From assembly GCF_963921235.1 (NCBI RefSeq), contig NC_086124.1:16306001-16370000 (forward strand): a stretch of DNA of 64,000 bases, in the 5' to 3' direction. The position numbers were made by a program, and so were the translations under genes. The notes beneath the pieces were generated by a model that searched no databases, was not told the DNA's origin, and saw only the letters and a program-made list of their open reading frames with translations. The DNA comes from Mobula hypostoma. Lineage: Eukaryota. This document shows, piece after piece, positions 49,480-61,391 of the stretch (positions are counted from its first letter, which is position 1; every line of letters starts with the position of its first letter).

Positions 49480-52400
49480 GGTTACTGACCCAGGATGAAG
49501 AATTCAGGAAATTCTGCAAGTCCAGAGGACTTGGATTGTTTTGATTCGAGGGGATACCTCCTGAAATACGTACTGGGGGAGGTGGCTGCAATATGAGGAG
49601 TTTGCTGGTCACCCTGGCTGTGAAGGGAAAACTGCTGGTGATGCCCTATGGAAAATCACCCAAGGGAATCTGTTGAGCAGGAAGTTTAAACAATTACAAA
49701 AAACAGTAGCAGTTGGTTGTTTTATTGAAGATTTGATAGAGTTATGACAAAATGCTAAAGCAGAATGGCATAGGTTAGAATCAGAAAATAAATGTTGGTA
49801 GAAAGCAGAAGCCCAGCAAAATATATTACCACAGGAAATCTAAAAATATCGCCATAAATCTGAGGCCGAGCGAGATAGGTTCGAAGGAGAACATAGAAGG
49901 CTCGAAAGGAGTTAGAAACCTTTAGAGAAAAGGTTACTGATTTATAGGATCAGAGAGGCATAGACTTGATGCATATGAACCAGTTTCAGTTAAAATGTGA
50001 GAAATTACTTAAATGGAAATGTAAACTAGAGAAGCAGCTGAACTAGAAAAGGATGAAGTAGAAGGATTAAGGAAACAGTGAAGTGACTTAAAGACAGCTA
50101 TGAATGTGATTCAGAAATCAGCACAAGTATTGCACAATCATGCAAAGTATTTAAAGCATATTCAAACACTGCAGGACCAACTTGCATAGCGAGGTATAGT
50201 ATGTGCTTTTGGATCTGAAAAAGGGAAAGGTGAATATGGAGATATTGATTGGCATTTGTAGATGAAGCTTCTAGAAACAGTTACGATAATTACGGGGCAT
50301 CATTTACCGAGCAAATCCCGCCTACACCATACCAACTGGAGCCAGTCTCACTGTCTGCACGATTGGCACCCCTAGTTACTATCAGAGAGGGGATCAGGGG
50401 AGCAAACCAAAAGCAGAATATAATATACACCACACCGTTTGGGGTACAGCACCTTAGAGATTTTGCTGAGGATATCCAGAGGTGTGCTCGGAGACTAATC
50501 TCGAGAGCTTTTCTAAGCAACTAATCATCAGAGAATAATACACTGCCGAGATGACTCTGAGGATAGGAAATTGAGTATATTGTGTTTACACACAAATTTA
50601 CACTCAGCTTTACCAGGTATACAACGACATGGTGGGGAACAAGTGAAGAACTGAAAAACGCAATAACGACTGTTATGGGTGTTAACAGAAGGGACCCAGT
50701 AAACGCGCCAGCCAAATGTTACCAGAGAAAAGGTCAACATCTCACTGCATTTGCATACCATTTATGAACTATATTCCAAGGGGATTATGGGACAGCATTA
50801 GAGCGGGACCATTTAGGACCAGAGGGCTCAAATAGTTGATTGAGGACACTGGTGTCTCACTGTATCGATGAATCTAAAAAGGCTATGGAAATGTTTGATC
50901 CTTTCTGAACCCACACATACTGAGGCATGTTTACAAAGGAAAATGTGTAGAGCGTAGGAAAAGGAGATACAAAGCCCAACTAAACTCCCTAATGGGAAGG
51001 TGACGCCCATTAAAAGTCAGTCAACTGCATGAAGAAATGAGGGTAGGGGACCCACAATAAGGGCCTCCCTGCCACACTATCAAGGGGCAAGGAAGAGCAG
51101 AGGAAATGGAACAGGCAGAACTGAAAGTGGAGTAATTCAATGCTATAGCTGTGGTCAACAGGGGCACAATAAGAGAGAAGGTCCAAGCCTGAGACAAGAA
51201 AGAGCAGAACAATGTGGTTTGCCCTTGGAGGGGCCAGAAAGACAGAGCCCATAAAATAACATGGCTGAGACCCCACCATCCAGGGAACTGTACCCTAAGC
51301 TTCAATGACAGTATCAGGCCTCACCAACACGGGTGTGTGACAAAACGTGGGATGAAACCGGAAGATCTCCAGTGAGTGGTAGAGTCAGAGGATGCCCTGT
51401 TACCTTTTTATGGGATACAGGAGGATCCCGAACCACAGTGAACACCACTAATATAAATAATGCAAATTGAAAGATACAAGGTAAAATTATCCTAAGTGGA
51501 TTCACAGGCCATTCACAATTTGGACATGTGAGTGTAGTATTGGAAGTCAGAATTGGAGACAGATCATTGAAACAGTCAATAGTGTTGGCGGAATTACCCA
51601 AGGAGCAGGACCATATACAAGGGTGTGATTATATGGCCAAAGCAGGGCTTTGTTTTGACTGAGTTAATTGTATGATTTGGCAGATGCCAACATGGGCATG
51701 AATATCATACACAACATGCAGATCCCAGCAGGAGTATATCAGGATAGGAAGATGTACAATGGGTGAAATGTGGAGAAAACTGGAGGAGATGAGCAATGAT
51801 CAATAACAGCCCCGAGTGTAGCAACTAACTGTGGACAAACAGAATAAAAGAGCGCTATGGTTCACAGTTTTGGACATAAGTAATGGATTTTTGTTTATCC
51901 CACTAGAAAGACAGTGTCAATTCACATTTGCATTTACCTTTCAGGGACAGCAGTATACATGGATTGCCCTACCACAGGGGTTCCATGATTCCCCGTCCGT
52001 ATTTCACCAATGTTTAGATGAAGGGTTAAAATGGTTTTCAACACCCAAATGCTTGGTGCAATATGTAGATGATCTCCTCCTGTAGACGGAAACCAAGCAG
52101 AACCATTTTAATTGGGACAGAATGTAAACTCTAAAAAAGCACAGGTAATGAAGCAAGAAGTTAGTTATTTGGAAATGATCCTGACACTGGGAAGAAGAGA
52201 AATTGAGAAGCAAAGAGTAGAATCGGTTATGAAACGGCATATTCTCCGAGACCTGAAAGGGCTACGTTCTTTTCTGGGGCTGGCAGGACACTGTAGGGAT
52301 CACATTGATGGATTTTTCATGAAAGCAGCTTCTTTAGTGGAGTTACTGAAAAAAAAATGTGGAGTGGGAATGGAAATAAGAACACACCCAGGCCATCACA

Positions 52401-52870
52401 GTTCTGAAACAAGCACTGGCTGCTGTACCTGCATTAAAAACCCCAAATCCGAATGAGTCATTCTCATTCGAGGTGGCAAAAAATGATATCACCCTCTCAG
52501 CAGTGCTGTTACAGGAGACACATGGGAATTCAAGACCAGTCATGTATGCATCACACATGCTCTCTCCGGTAGAACAGGGGTATACTGTATGTGAAAACCA
52601 CTTGTTAGCAGTTTTCAGTGTGGTACAACATTTTGCCTACATAGTGGGACTTAATTCACTTACAATACTGACAGAACATACCCCCACACAATTACTGTTA
52701 GCTGAAAGGATTAAAGATGGTTCAGTAAGCAAAAACAGAATTGCTAGATAGACACTGCTGCTGCAAGAAAGAAATATTAGTGTAAAGTGAGTAAACACTA
52801 CCACTATATGTACCAAGGAACTGAACATGAGTGTCAAATTATGATAGGAAATGATCCCAAGGACATATTT
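49480..52870 (+). pseudogene. Degenerate endogenous retrovirus gag-pro-pol (spuma/lokiretrovirus-like)
   Basis: Coiled-coil remnants (~49860-50190); protease FLWDTGGS (DTG at 51414-51422); RT WFTVLDISNGF..FAFTFQGQQYTW.ALPQGFHDSP..YVDD (52062-52073); LRSFLGLAG; RNase H-like tether RPVMYAS..LS..E...CE.HLLA..RIAR. Many stops and frameshifts; no integrase, env or 3' LTR. Confidence 0.85.
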
Positions 52871-53299
52871 GTATCAAAACAAAAATTAGGGAGTAGAAGT
52901 AGATCAGATAGAGTAATGACTGAGAACAAAGACAACTGGCTTGTCTGCTTCCCCTGTCCTTGATTAGACTACAGTTTCTTCTGGCCAACAAAGCAGAACC
53001 AATGCAGTCATTGATATGACACAAGATAAGACAGACAGTATTACCAGTGAAGGCAAGGAACATGGACTGTTCCACGTACCTATCACCAATCACTTTCCAG
53101 CCAGTCTTTGTTCCTACACACCCACCACCCCAACCTATCTACTACGGCAATTTCCCTCTTTCATTTCAGTCCTAAAGAAGTGTCTCTGCCCGAAACGCCA
53201 GCAGTTTATTCACGTCCATAGATGTTGGCTGACCTGCTGAGTTTCCAGCAGTTTTCATTCAAGTGTTGCTCTGGATTTCCAGCACCTGCAGGAAATATG

Positions 53300-53950
53300 C
53301 AGGAGGAGAAGATGGCGGCGCAACGCAGCGTGCGCGGCCGTTCTGAATGATATCGTATATGTTAAATAGGGGGCCGTGCACAATCCTAATTTGATGGAGA
53401 CAGCCATGAAAAGCACAGAGGAACACCTGGAGAAACTTCTGAAATGCCCACTTCACTGCCACTGCTACTGTGCAATCGAGAGGGGAAGGCCCCAAATCCT
53501 CGGCTTTGTCTATTGCCTGTTGCCGGGCCGGGGTCAAAGCACTCGGCAGAGATGGTGCTCGATGCTCAGTGTTGGAGAGCTGGTCAGAGGCTCTGAGTTT
53601 TCGGACGCACTCGGAGTCAGACTATGGTCGGATGCTTCCAGGATGTTGCATCAGCAAGTTTGCGGCGCTGGAGGTTCACCGTCTGCGTGAGATGATGGGA
53701 CTTTCAAGAGGCTTTGAGATTTTTTACCGTGCCCATGGTCTGTTCTTATCAAATTACGGTAATGTTTTGCACTGTTGTAACTATATGTTATAATTATGTG
53801 GTTTTTGTTAGTTTTTCAGTTGGTTTGTCATGTGTTTCTCTGATATCATTCTGGAAAAACATTGTATTACTTCTTAATACATGCATTACTAAATAACAAT
53901 AAAAGAGGACTGTGTGTCCTCATAATCTAATAATTTAATAATCTAATCTC
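53300..53950 (+). mobile_element. Non-autonomous retroposon-like element with (AATCT)n tail
   Basis: Starts GGAGGAGAAGATGGCGGC, ends AATAAAAGAGGACTGTGTGTCCTCATAATCT...; absent at the paralogous site ~40835. Confidence 0.6.
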
Positions 53951-55260
53951 TCGTCTTTACCAAATTCTGAATTCAGAGCTGCAAAAAGTCTGGGAACCCT
54001 CGTGAAGGATTCAGTAAAATTTGCTTGCAGCTTCAATTGGTAGTAAGGAAGACAAATGCCATGTTAGCATTCATTCCAGAGGACTTGGATATAAAAGCAA
54101 TGATATATTAAGATACTGCATGGTGGAAACTGAGATTAACTCATACAAAATGTTGGAAGATCTCAGCTGTATAGGAAGCATCTCTGGAAAGAAATAAACA
54201 TTCAATGTTTCAGGCTGAAACTTCCTGCAGAAAAATATTACGTCAGGAATGTCAGCTGAGGCTCTGTGAGGCACTGGTCAGACAGCATTTGGGGAACTGT
54301 GAGCAGTTATGAGTCCCTTATGTAAGAAAGTATGGAATGTTGAACATTGAACAGCACATCACAGGAGCAGGCCCTTTGTCCCAAAATATTTTGTCGAACA
54401 AATCACATTAGTAATCAAATGACAAAGGAAATGTCTGCCTACATATTACCCATATCCTTCCATACATTCACGTACCTATCCAAACTCTCTGAAAAGACCC
54501 TAATATATCTGCCTTGACCATTACCATAGCATCCACCACACTCCGTATAAAAAAAACCTCATATCTCCATTGAAATGACCCCCTTACATGATTGTCACTG
54601 GTATTAGGCAATTCAACCCTGAGTAGATGTGATTTGTCTACTCTATCTATGTCTCTCACAATCTTATAAACCTAGCAGATCTCCTCACAGCCACTGTGTC
54701 TCCGAAGAAAACAACCAAATTCTGTCCAACTTCTCATTGAAGCACATGCCCTCTAATTCAGACAACATTCAGAATCAGGTTGAATATCTCTGGCATATAT
54801 TGGGAAAATTGTCCTAAACCTCTTTTCTCACCTACTCCAAAGCCCCAACATTCTTCTAATAATGGGGCAACCAGAACTGTATGCAATACTCCAGATGAGG
54901 CAGAAGCAGATTTCTGTAAAGTTGAAACATAATAGTTAATACATTGTATTTACAGCAATTAAAGCTCTTCAGCAACAGCAAACATCTTCATCACTATTTG
55001 CTCTATGTGTAAAGTTCTGTGTGAAAAGAAAACATCACACAAGCTGACCTAAGTGAGAAGGCAAAATGTCTGTGTTGGATCAGTCAGCAGGAACGGCGAC
55101 AACGGGATTGTACTGAACATAAACATTCACCTCCAAGAGTAAAACCTTCAAGACAAGCTTGCAGTGATCTAATATTGAATTATGAGTACAACTCTTCCAC
55201 GGAAACTGTATGTGGCTCTTAAAAGGCCTGGTGGGTTTGTCTTATCAGCCCTCAGCCACT

Positions 55261-55632
55261 TCACTAGGAACTAGTATACATGGTCACTGCTTTTGTGCTT
55301 TCCGACATTGTGTACTTGGACTGCTCCCTGGGTAGCAGCAGGCACATGGCACTCTGGATCTCCTAGAAACTGATGGTCGACCGCTTGTTCTAATGGTTTA
55401 GTTGGGAAACCTCATCCGCGATGCGCTCGAAAATGTCGTTCACCAATGAGCTCATGATGCTCGTGGCACTGGAGGAGATGCTGGTATCGGGGTGAACCTG
55501 CTTCTTCACCTTGTACACATAGATGGAGTAAGTCTCCTTCCTCATCCTTTTGCACTTCGTGCCTCCCTTACTTTGCGCTTTGGACACAGTTTTCTTGGCG
55601 CCCTTCTTGGCCACTTTGGATAGCTCAGGCAT
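55261..55632 (-). pseudogene. H2B: Histone H2B pseudogene (second lineage)
   Basis: [14 protein letters not shown]...EVSQLNH followed by TAG at 55390-55392. Stem-loop with a 1-nt deletion at 55214-55228. Confidence 0.92.
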
Positions 55633-55879
55633 TTCTTAAATCAGTTTCAGACACTGAATGAAATGGAACTGGTTGCATCACCAATTTAATTGGCAGCTAC
55701 ATCCTTGCCCTGTAGTAACATGGAATTGGCAAAATAAGGTTCTCATTGGTAGATATGGACAAATGAAAGCTAACGTTTCAATATAACCCTTTGATTGGGC
55801 AACGTGAACATGCCAACCACAGCCAAGGATGACCAAAGTCAAAAAGCCTTAGCAATGGTTCGTTGGTAACACAAGGAGA

Positions 55880-57510
55880 CATAAAGTTGGTTATCCAATA
55901 TTAGAAACACTAGAAGAGTGTTGGGAGCACTTCATTCATAAGGTCTTCAGTTCTGGGTGGATGGGAAATGAATGGGTACAAAATATTGGCTTGTTTCATG
56001 TGAAATATGATCCCAGTGTACCCCTTTCTGTCACTCCATGGTTTGACTGTGGTTGATTTAAGCCTTCAAGAAAATATCACGATGAAGAGTAGTTGTATGT
56101 CAATAGCACAGGTGGTTCAGTGATATATGCAAAGCAGACATGATAGATTCTTACACTCTATGCAGATGGGTCGAAAGATACAGTGACAGGTCATTCAGAT
56201 GTTTCCATTTTGTTACAAAGTTTCAGGTGACTATCAAAGAAGAGATTATCAGATAAAGTATCAGAATTCACATCAAAGATATTTGCTATTTTTTCAGCCT
56301 TGGAATGGGTTAAAGTATGCCCCGATTCTGTACACCTGTGCTTTGATTCTTTTTCGGTTTAGTTAATTATGTGAAGTGTTGTATGACATTGGTGATCATA
56401 GTCGTTCCATGATCATGACTGCTCTTAGCAAATTTTTCTACAGAAGTAGCTTGCAGTTGCCTTCTTCTGCTCAATGTCTATACACGTTTCAGGTTTGCCA
56501 TCTATTAAAGCAGATATATTGAACTATAGCCCAAAACTTCTGATTAGGATTGAACAGCAGTCATTGAGGTTACAGGATCTAGGCTTGTGTACACAAATAA
56601 AGTGGTAGATGTTCTAGCCAACCAATCATTTAAACTTCAGGATATCAAAGTGGTGTGTTGGCGTGTGGCCAAGTGGTTAAGGTGTTCACCTAGTGATTGT
56701 ATGTCGCTAGTTCGAGCCTTGGCTGAGGCTGTGTGTGTCCTTGAGCAAGACCTTAACCACACATTGCTGTGTGATGACACCTGTGCTAAGCTGTATGGGT
56801 CCTAGTACCCTTCCCTTGGACAACATCGGTGGCATGGAGAGGGGAGACTTGCAGCATGGGCAACTGCCGGACTTCCATATAACCTTGCCCAGGAAACCTT
56901 CCAAAGGTGCAAATCCAACGTCTCATGAGAGTGACGGAGGCCTACATCAAAGTGGTGTTGCCTTTGGAAATATGAGAGATAAAAAGGTCAATTTGATCAT
57001 TGTGGCAACAAAGTTTGGATAAGGAAAGGATAGTGAGAACTGGGAGATGTGTATAAAAGCAGAAAATAATTTATAGTTGTATATTGGACATACAAGGTGG
57101 AATAATTCCTTGTTTTCAATTAATATGTATGATATGGGCAATTGTATGGACAGCATATTATGGGTATTTGTATAGAGAGAACTTGTCAAGAAATGGTGCA
57201 ACATGTATTTTTTCAATGTAGTTCCTATGAGATGGAAAGGAAGCATCTAATTGCTAGATGGACATCTTTGGGACAGAAACAATTTAACATTTAAAGCTTG
57301 TTAGGATATCACTGTCATTGTAATAAATAAAAGTCTATATCTGACGTTCTGAAAAGCAATAGAAGTTTTCATATTATTTGAGGTTAACTTTTTGGAAGGA
57401 GGATTCAGTGGGTATACTCTCTGTCTCTTTAATCCACAATCCAACTCAGTAGATGGTGGTATTGTACCTTGTGTTACTCTGCCAACCACCAATCAACCTT
57501 ACAAAAGAAA
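55880..57510 (+). mobile_element. Old I-group LINE remnant
   Basis: LYADGSKD and FSALEWVK; paralog of 9290-10635. Confidence 0.62.
56657..56945 (+). mobile_element. tRNA-derived SINE
   Basis: A box TGGCCAAGTGG, B box GTTCGAGCC, 13-bp TSD ATCAAAGTGGTGT (56644-56656, 56946-56958). Absent at paralogous sites ~10065 and ~43485. Confidence 0.85.
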
Positions 57511-57789
57511 TTAGAAGGGCTTTTTTCCTTAAGATACTCTCAAAGTAGTTTGATTGGAATGTTTTTAAGAGGTGACAAACATATATTGATGAGGGTAGTT
57601 TGTGAGTTTGACTCTACAATTTCAGGGGGAAAAATTCAAGCTAGATCTATATGTATTACAGTGGAGTAAATGGAATAACAGAGGCACAAGAGAGGACCTG
57701 ATCAAAGTCAAATGAAAGGTGGCACGAGTGGGGATGACAGCAGTATAGCAATCACTGGAGTTTTGAGCAGCAATTTTTTATGGGTCACC

Positions 57790-57932
57790 ATAAAAAATGC
57801 TGGTGAACGCAGCAGGCCAGGTAGCATCTATAGTAAGAGGTACAGTCGACATTTGCCTGGCCTGCTGCATTCACCAGCAATTTTTGTATGTGTTGCTTGA
57901 ATTCCCAGCACCTGCAGATTTCCTCGTGTTTG
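57790..57932. mobile_element. Short Penelope terminal fold-back
   Basis: GCTGGTGAACGCAGCAGGCCAGG and CCTGGCCTGCTGCATTCACCAGC are inverted; ends CCTCGTGTTT like the other copies. Confidence 0.7.
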
Positions 57933-59266
57933 ATTTTTTATGTGTGTTGCTTTTCCCTCAGTGTTTACTTTTCACCATAGATGTTGTCTGGCCTGCTGAG
58001 TTCCTCCAGCATTTTGTGTGTGTTGCAAGCATATAAAGAAGATTGGTTGATTTCAATCAACAGAGTAGGAATAAAAGAGGCCTTTCATGGTTGCCTGAGC
58101 CTCTAAATAGCTGCTAGGAAAATTATTAACATTTCCCTTGAACAGGAATTTTTCCAGGTGCCTTCAAAACTGTGGCTGTAAAACCCCTACTTACTAACTA
58201 CAGGCATAGATCAAAACTTCCCTTCCTGGGCAAGGTTTTTGAGAAAGATATATTCAAACAACAGAAATTTCTGACTTAGCCCATTACATTGATACCAACA
58301 GTTGGAATCAATCCATATTTATCCCTTCCACCAGTACTTGTCCTGTAACCTGGGTAATGCAAGTGATTGACAAGACATTCCTAAAATACCATTAGGCACT
58401 CTGCTTTCACCACTCTCTCTGGTAGAGTGTTCCAGTTACTCACCCTCAACTTACCCCCCATGTCCTGCAGGTCTATTTACTCCTGATATGGGGGAAGCTC
58501 TCTGCAACCTACCCAACCTCAACCCCTGATAATTTTCTACACCTAAATCATTTCCCCTGTTAAGCAGGGATCAGAGCTGGGTTAGTGTATGTTTGTCGTC
58601 TACATCAATGATCTGAATGATAATGCTTTAACACCAAACAACAAGTTTGCCGATGGCAGCAAGTTTGGGATGTAGTGGACAACAAGGAAGCTATTGAAGC
58701 TTGCAGTATGATCTGGGAATTATTGCGTGAATGTGGAGTCACAGGTAGCGAGCCCACAGAGAGAACTCTAGGCACATTGGCCTTCATAAATCAAAACATT
58801 CAGTACAGAATTTGGGATGGGTTAATGAAAGAAAATTATGGGAGTAAGTACATTTTTTGCCAGGAAAATATGCAATTAAGCACGTTCTCTAAATGTTCAC
58901 AGACAACAAAATATTATCCGCTGAAGAAGCAGGAAGATTAAAAGCTATCTCAGTTGCTGGCCCGAGCTGTGTTTTACCTGAATTCCAGGACTCCGGTCTG
59001 TGTTTGCTCTTTTTCCAGAATATCATTGATTAATTTTTGGAGAAATGATTACAAATCTTAAGAAGTTTTATATCTGTTATTCAGGGTGTTTGGTAGTAAT
59101 GATACAGACTAACTTTCAATATGGAAACAGGGTGAAAATAAAATTGATCCCAAACATCTCTCCGGGGAACATACACACACAGCAGAAATCTTCCTCAGCT
59201 CTGGAAGTGCTTCAGAAAACCACCTCGCACATCACAACTCCACTTGCTTGGAAAAATATAAGCACA

Positions 59267-60312
59267 CTTTTTTAGATATTTACAAATTAGAGACCTCTTG
59301 CATTCTCAACTTCATACACCTCCTAAATGTCCAGATAAGAATTTAATTGATACAATTTTTACTTTGAAACCTTTTCATAATGGATCTATCTCTAACATAG
59401 TCTGTTGTTGGCAATGAGATATATTCCATTAGACAAAATTAAAATCCTCTGGGAACAAGACCTACAGATTTCAATTGATGAGGATACTTGGAATGGAATT
59501 TTTAAACTTGTTCACACCTCTTTGTTATGTGTGCATCACACACTTTTACAATTTAAGGTGGTTCATATAGCCTATATGACTGAAGATAAGCTCTCTCATT
59601 TTTACTCAGATTTTTCTCCATACTGTAATAGATGTAATGTCAAAGAGACCTCTCTAATTCATATGTTTTGGTCCTGTCTGCGGTTTGACAAATTTTGGAA
59701 AGAAGTATTTCAAACTTTCTTGGAGCTTTTTAAGGTAAACTTTAAACCCAACCCTCTGACTGCCTAGTTTGGCATTGTTGGAGGAAATGATTTTACTCTT
59801 AAGCAGAATGATTTGCATTTTTCGGCTTTTATTTCTCTTGTAGCCAGAAGAGCTTTGTTGCTTAAGTGGAAAGATGCCGCCACATCTACTCATACCCATT
59901 GGTTGATTGATGTTATGTCATGTTTAAATCCAGAGAAGATTAGGTGTTCTGTTTCTATACCTAGACAAGATTTTGTCACATTATGGAGACCTTTTTGGAA
60001 CTACTTTCACAAGTTTTGATTTGTTTAGCAATGATGATGGCTATTATATGTTTGAATTTACGATTATATGTCAGAGATTTTTTTTCTTTTAACCAAGCAG
60101 CTGTTTTTTTTTCTCTCTTTTTTTTGTTTTGTTACGGGTTTTGATTTTGTTTTAGATTAGAATAAAATATACCTTTTCAATATTATGGTTAATTTACTAT
60201 ACATAGTTATGGGGCATTTCAATCTTGTTTCTGTTTCCATAATATCATAATGTATTTTGTATTTGTCTATGCAAGTAATTAATAAAAATATTGAAGAAAA
60301 AAAGAAGAAAGA
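59267..60312 (+). mobile_element. L1-clade LINE 3' fragment
   Basis: ORF2 C-terminus WEQDL...LLQFKVVH...CNRC...LIHMFWSC, ARRALLLKWK, then AATAAA and an A-rich tail. Absent from paralogous units. Confidence 0.85.
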
Positions 60313-60447
60313 AGATAAATTAGTATGGTTTTCGTGTTTCTGTAAAAAGAGCTCGCTCAGAAATCTTTCGCAGAGACAAAAAAACCCGAGTCCTTTCCTC
60401 CGCACTCATGGTATCCGCAGGACAGCCCCTTCACAGACACTGTGAGT

Positions 60448-60463
60448 GGCTCTGAAAAGAGCC
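60448..60463 (-). terminator. Histone 3' stem-loop (H2A pseudogene)
   Basis: GGCTCTTTTCAGAGCC on the - strand. Confidence 0.92.
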
Positions 60464-60494
60464 TTTGGGTGGCTGGGATTCATATTCTGTCTCT

Positions 60495-60794
60495 TCACTT
60501 ACTGGCTCCGCCGTTTTTTGGGGTGCGGCTGAGATATTGGCTAATACTCCACCCTGGACGATCGTCACCCCTCCATAGGATGCGGACCTTCTTGTCCCTG
60601 GCCGTATCGGCAGCCAGTTCAAGAATTTCAGCCGTCAGCTCCTCGAGCACAGAACCCAGAAAGACCGAGGCTCCGGACCCACTTGCTCAGCATAGTTGCC
60701 CTTTCTCAAGAGCCTATTAACACGGCCCAAAAGGAACTGGGCCAGGAGCGAGCTTTCCTGCCGCTTTTACTCTTTTTTTACTCTCTTTATTCAT
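60495..60794 (-). pseudogene. H2A: Histone H2A pseudogene
   Basis: [37 protein letters not shown] and [14 protein letters not shown] remnants with frameshifts and deletions. Confidence 0.88.
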
Positions 60795-61358
60795 TTTCAA
60801 CAAGCTCAGCAAAACCCAAAGAATGAGGAAATGCTCCAGCCCTCGGCCTTCTTGAATGTCCTGTGGCCATGCAATGAGACATTCAGGATTGCTACAACAA
60901 CGATTAAGGTCATTGAAGAACAAATAAACCAACGCGAGAGCCGACCTATTTACCAATCAAAAGCGCGGAAGTAAACTCTGACCCGCCGAAAATAAACCGA
61001 AACTTGAAAACAGCCCGCCAAAAATCCTTTGTTCCAACCGAATCTAAAATCAAATCATTACGGATCTGCTTGTGCAATAATTTTCCGCATTAACCCATTA
61101 CTGAAGCTAATTATGCAGAACGGTCTGGGTATTTCACTTAACGATATCTCTACTCAAGAGAGAAAAAAATGTTTTCTCATTTGCTTTCCCTGATCATTGT
61201 GTGAAAGGCATCATGTTACAACCGAGTTGCTCTTTTCAAAATACGGCTGGAGTTTAGCCTGGAATTTTGACAAATTATTGCGAATGTACCGTCTGGCATT
61301 GAAATTTAATTCAAAGAATATGACGAAAAAATGCAGCTCTGTTCATGAAACAGTGAGT

Positions 61359-61374
61359 GGCTCTTAAAAGGGCC
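61359..61374 (-). terminator. Histone 3' stem-loop with one mismatch
   Basis: GGCCCTTTTAAGAGCC (C-A mismatch at stem position 4). Confidence 0.85.
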
Positions 61375-61391
61375 TTTGGGTTTTCGGTTTG

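Larger units (their letters stand above)
48236..52990. mobile_element. TIR-bounded element (Ginger-like termini) enclosing retroviral and Tx1 fragments
   Basis: 66-bp inverted repeats at 48236-48301 and 52925-52990 (59/66 identical), termini T(A/G)TTGG...CCAACA, 4-bp TSD AAGC (48232-48235, 52991-52994), empty paralogous site at ~40523-40541. Confidence 0.8.

Noticed and set aside
56657-56735. Possible tRNA gene (also 250-312)
   Set aside because: A/B boxes lie inside TSD-flanked SINE bodies; there is no complete cloverleaf or terminator.
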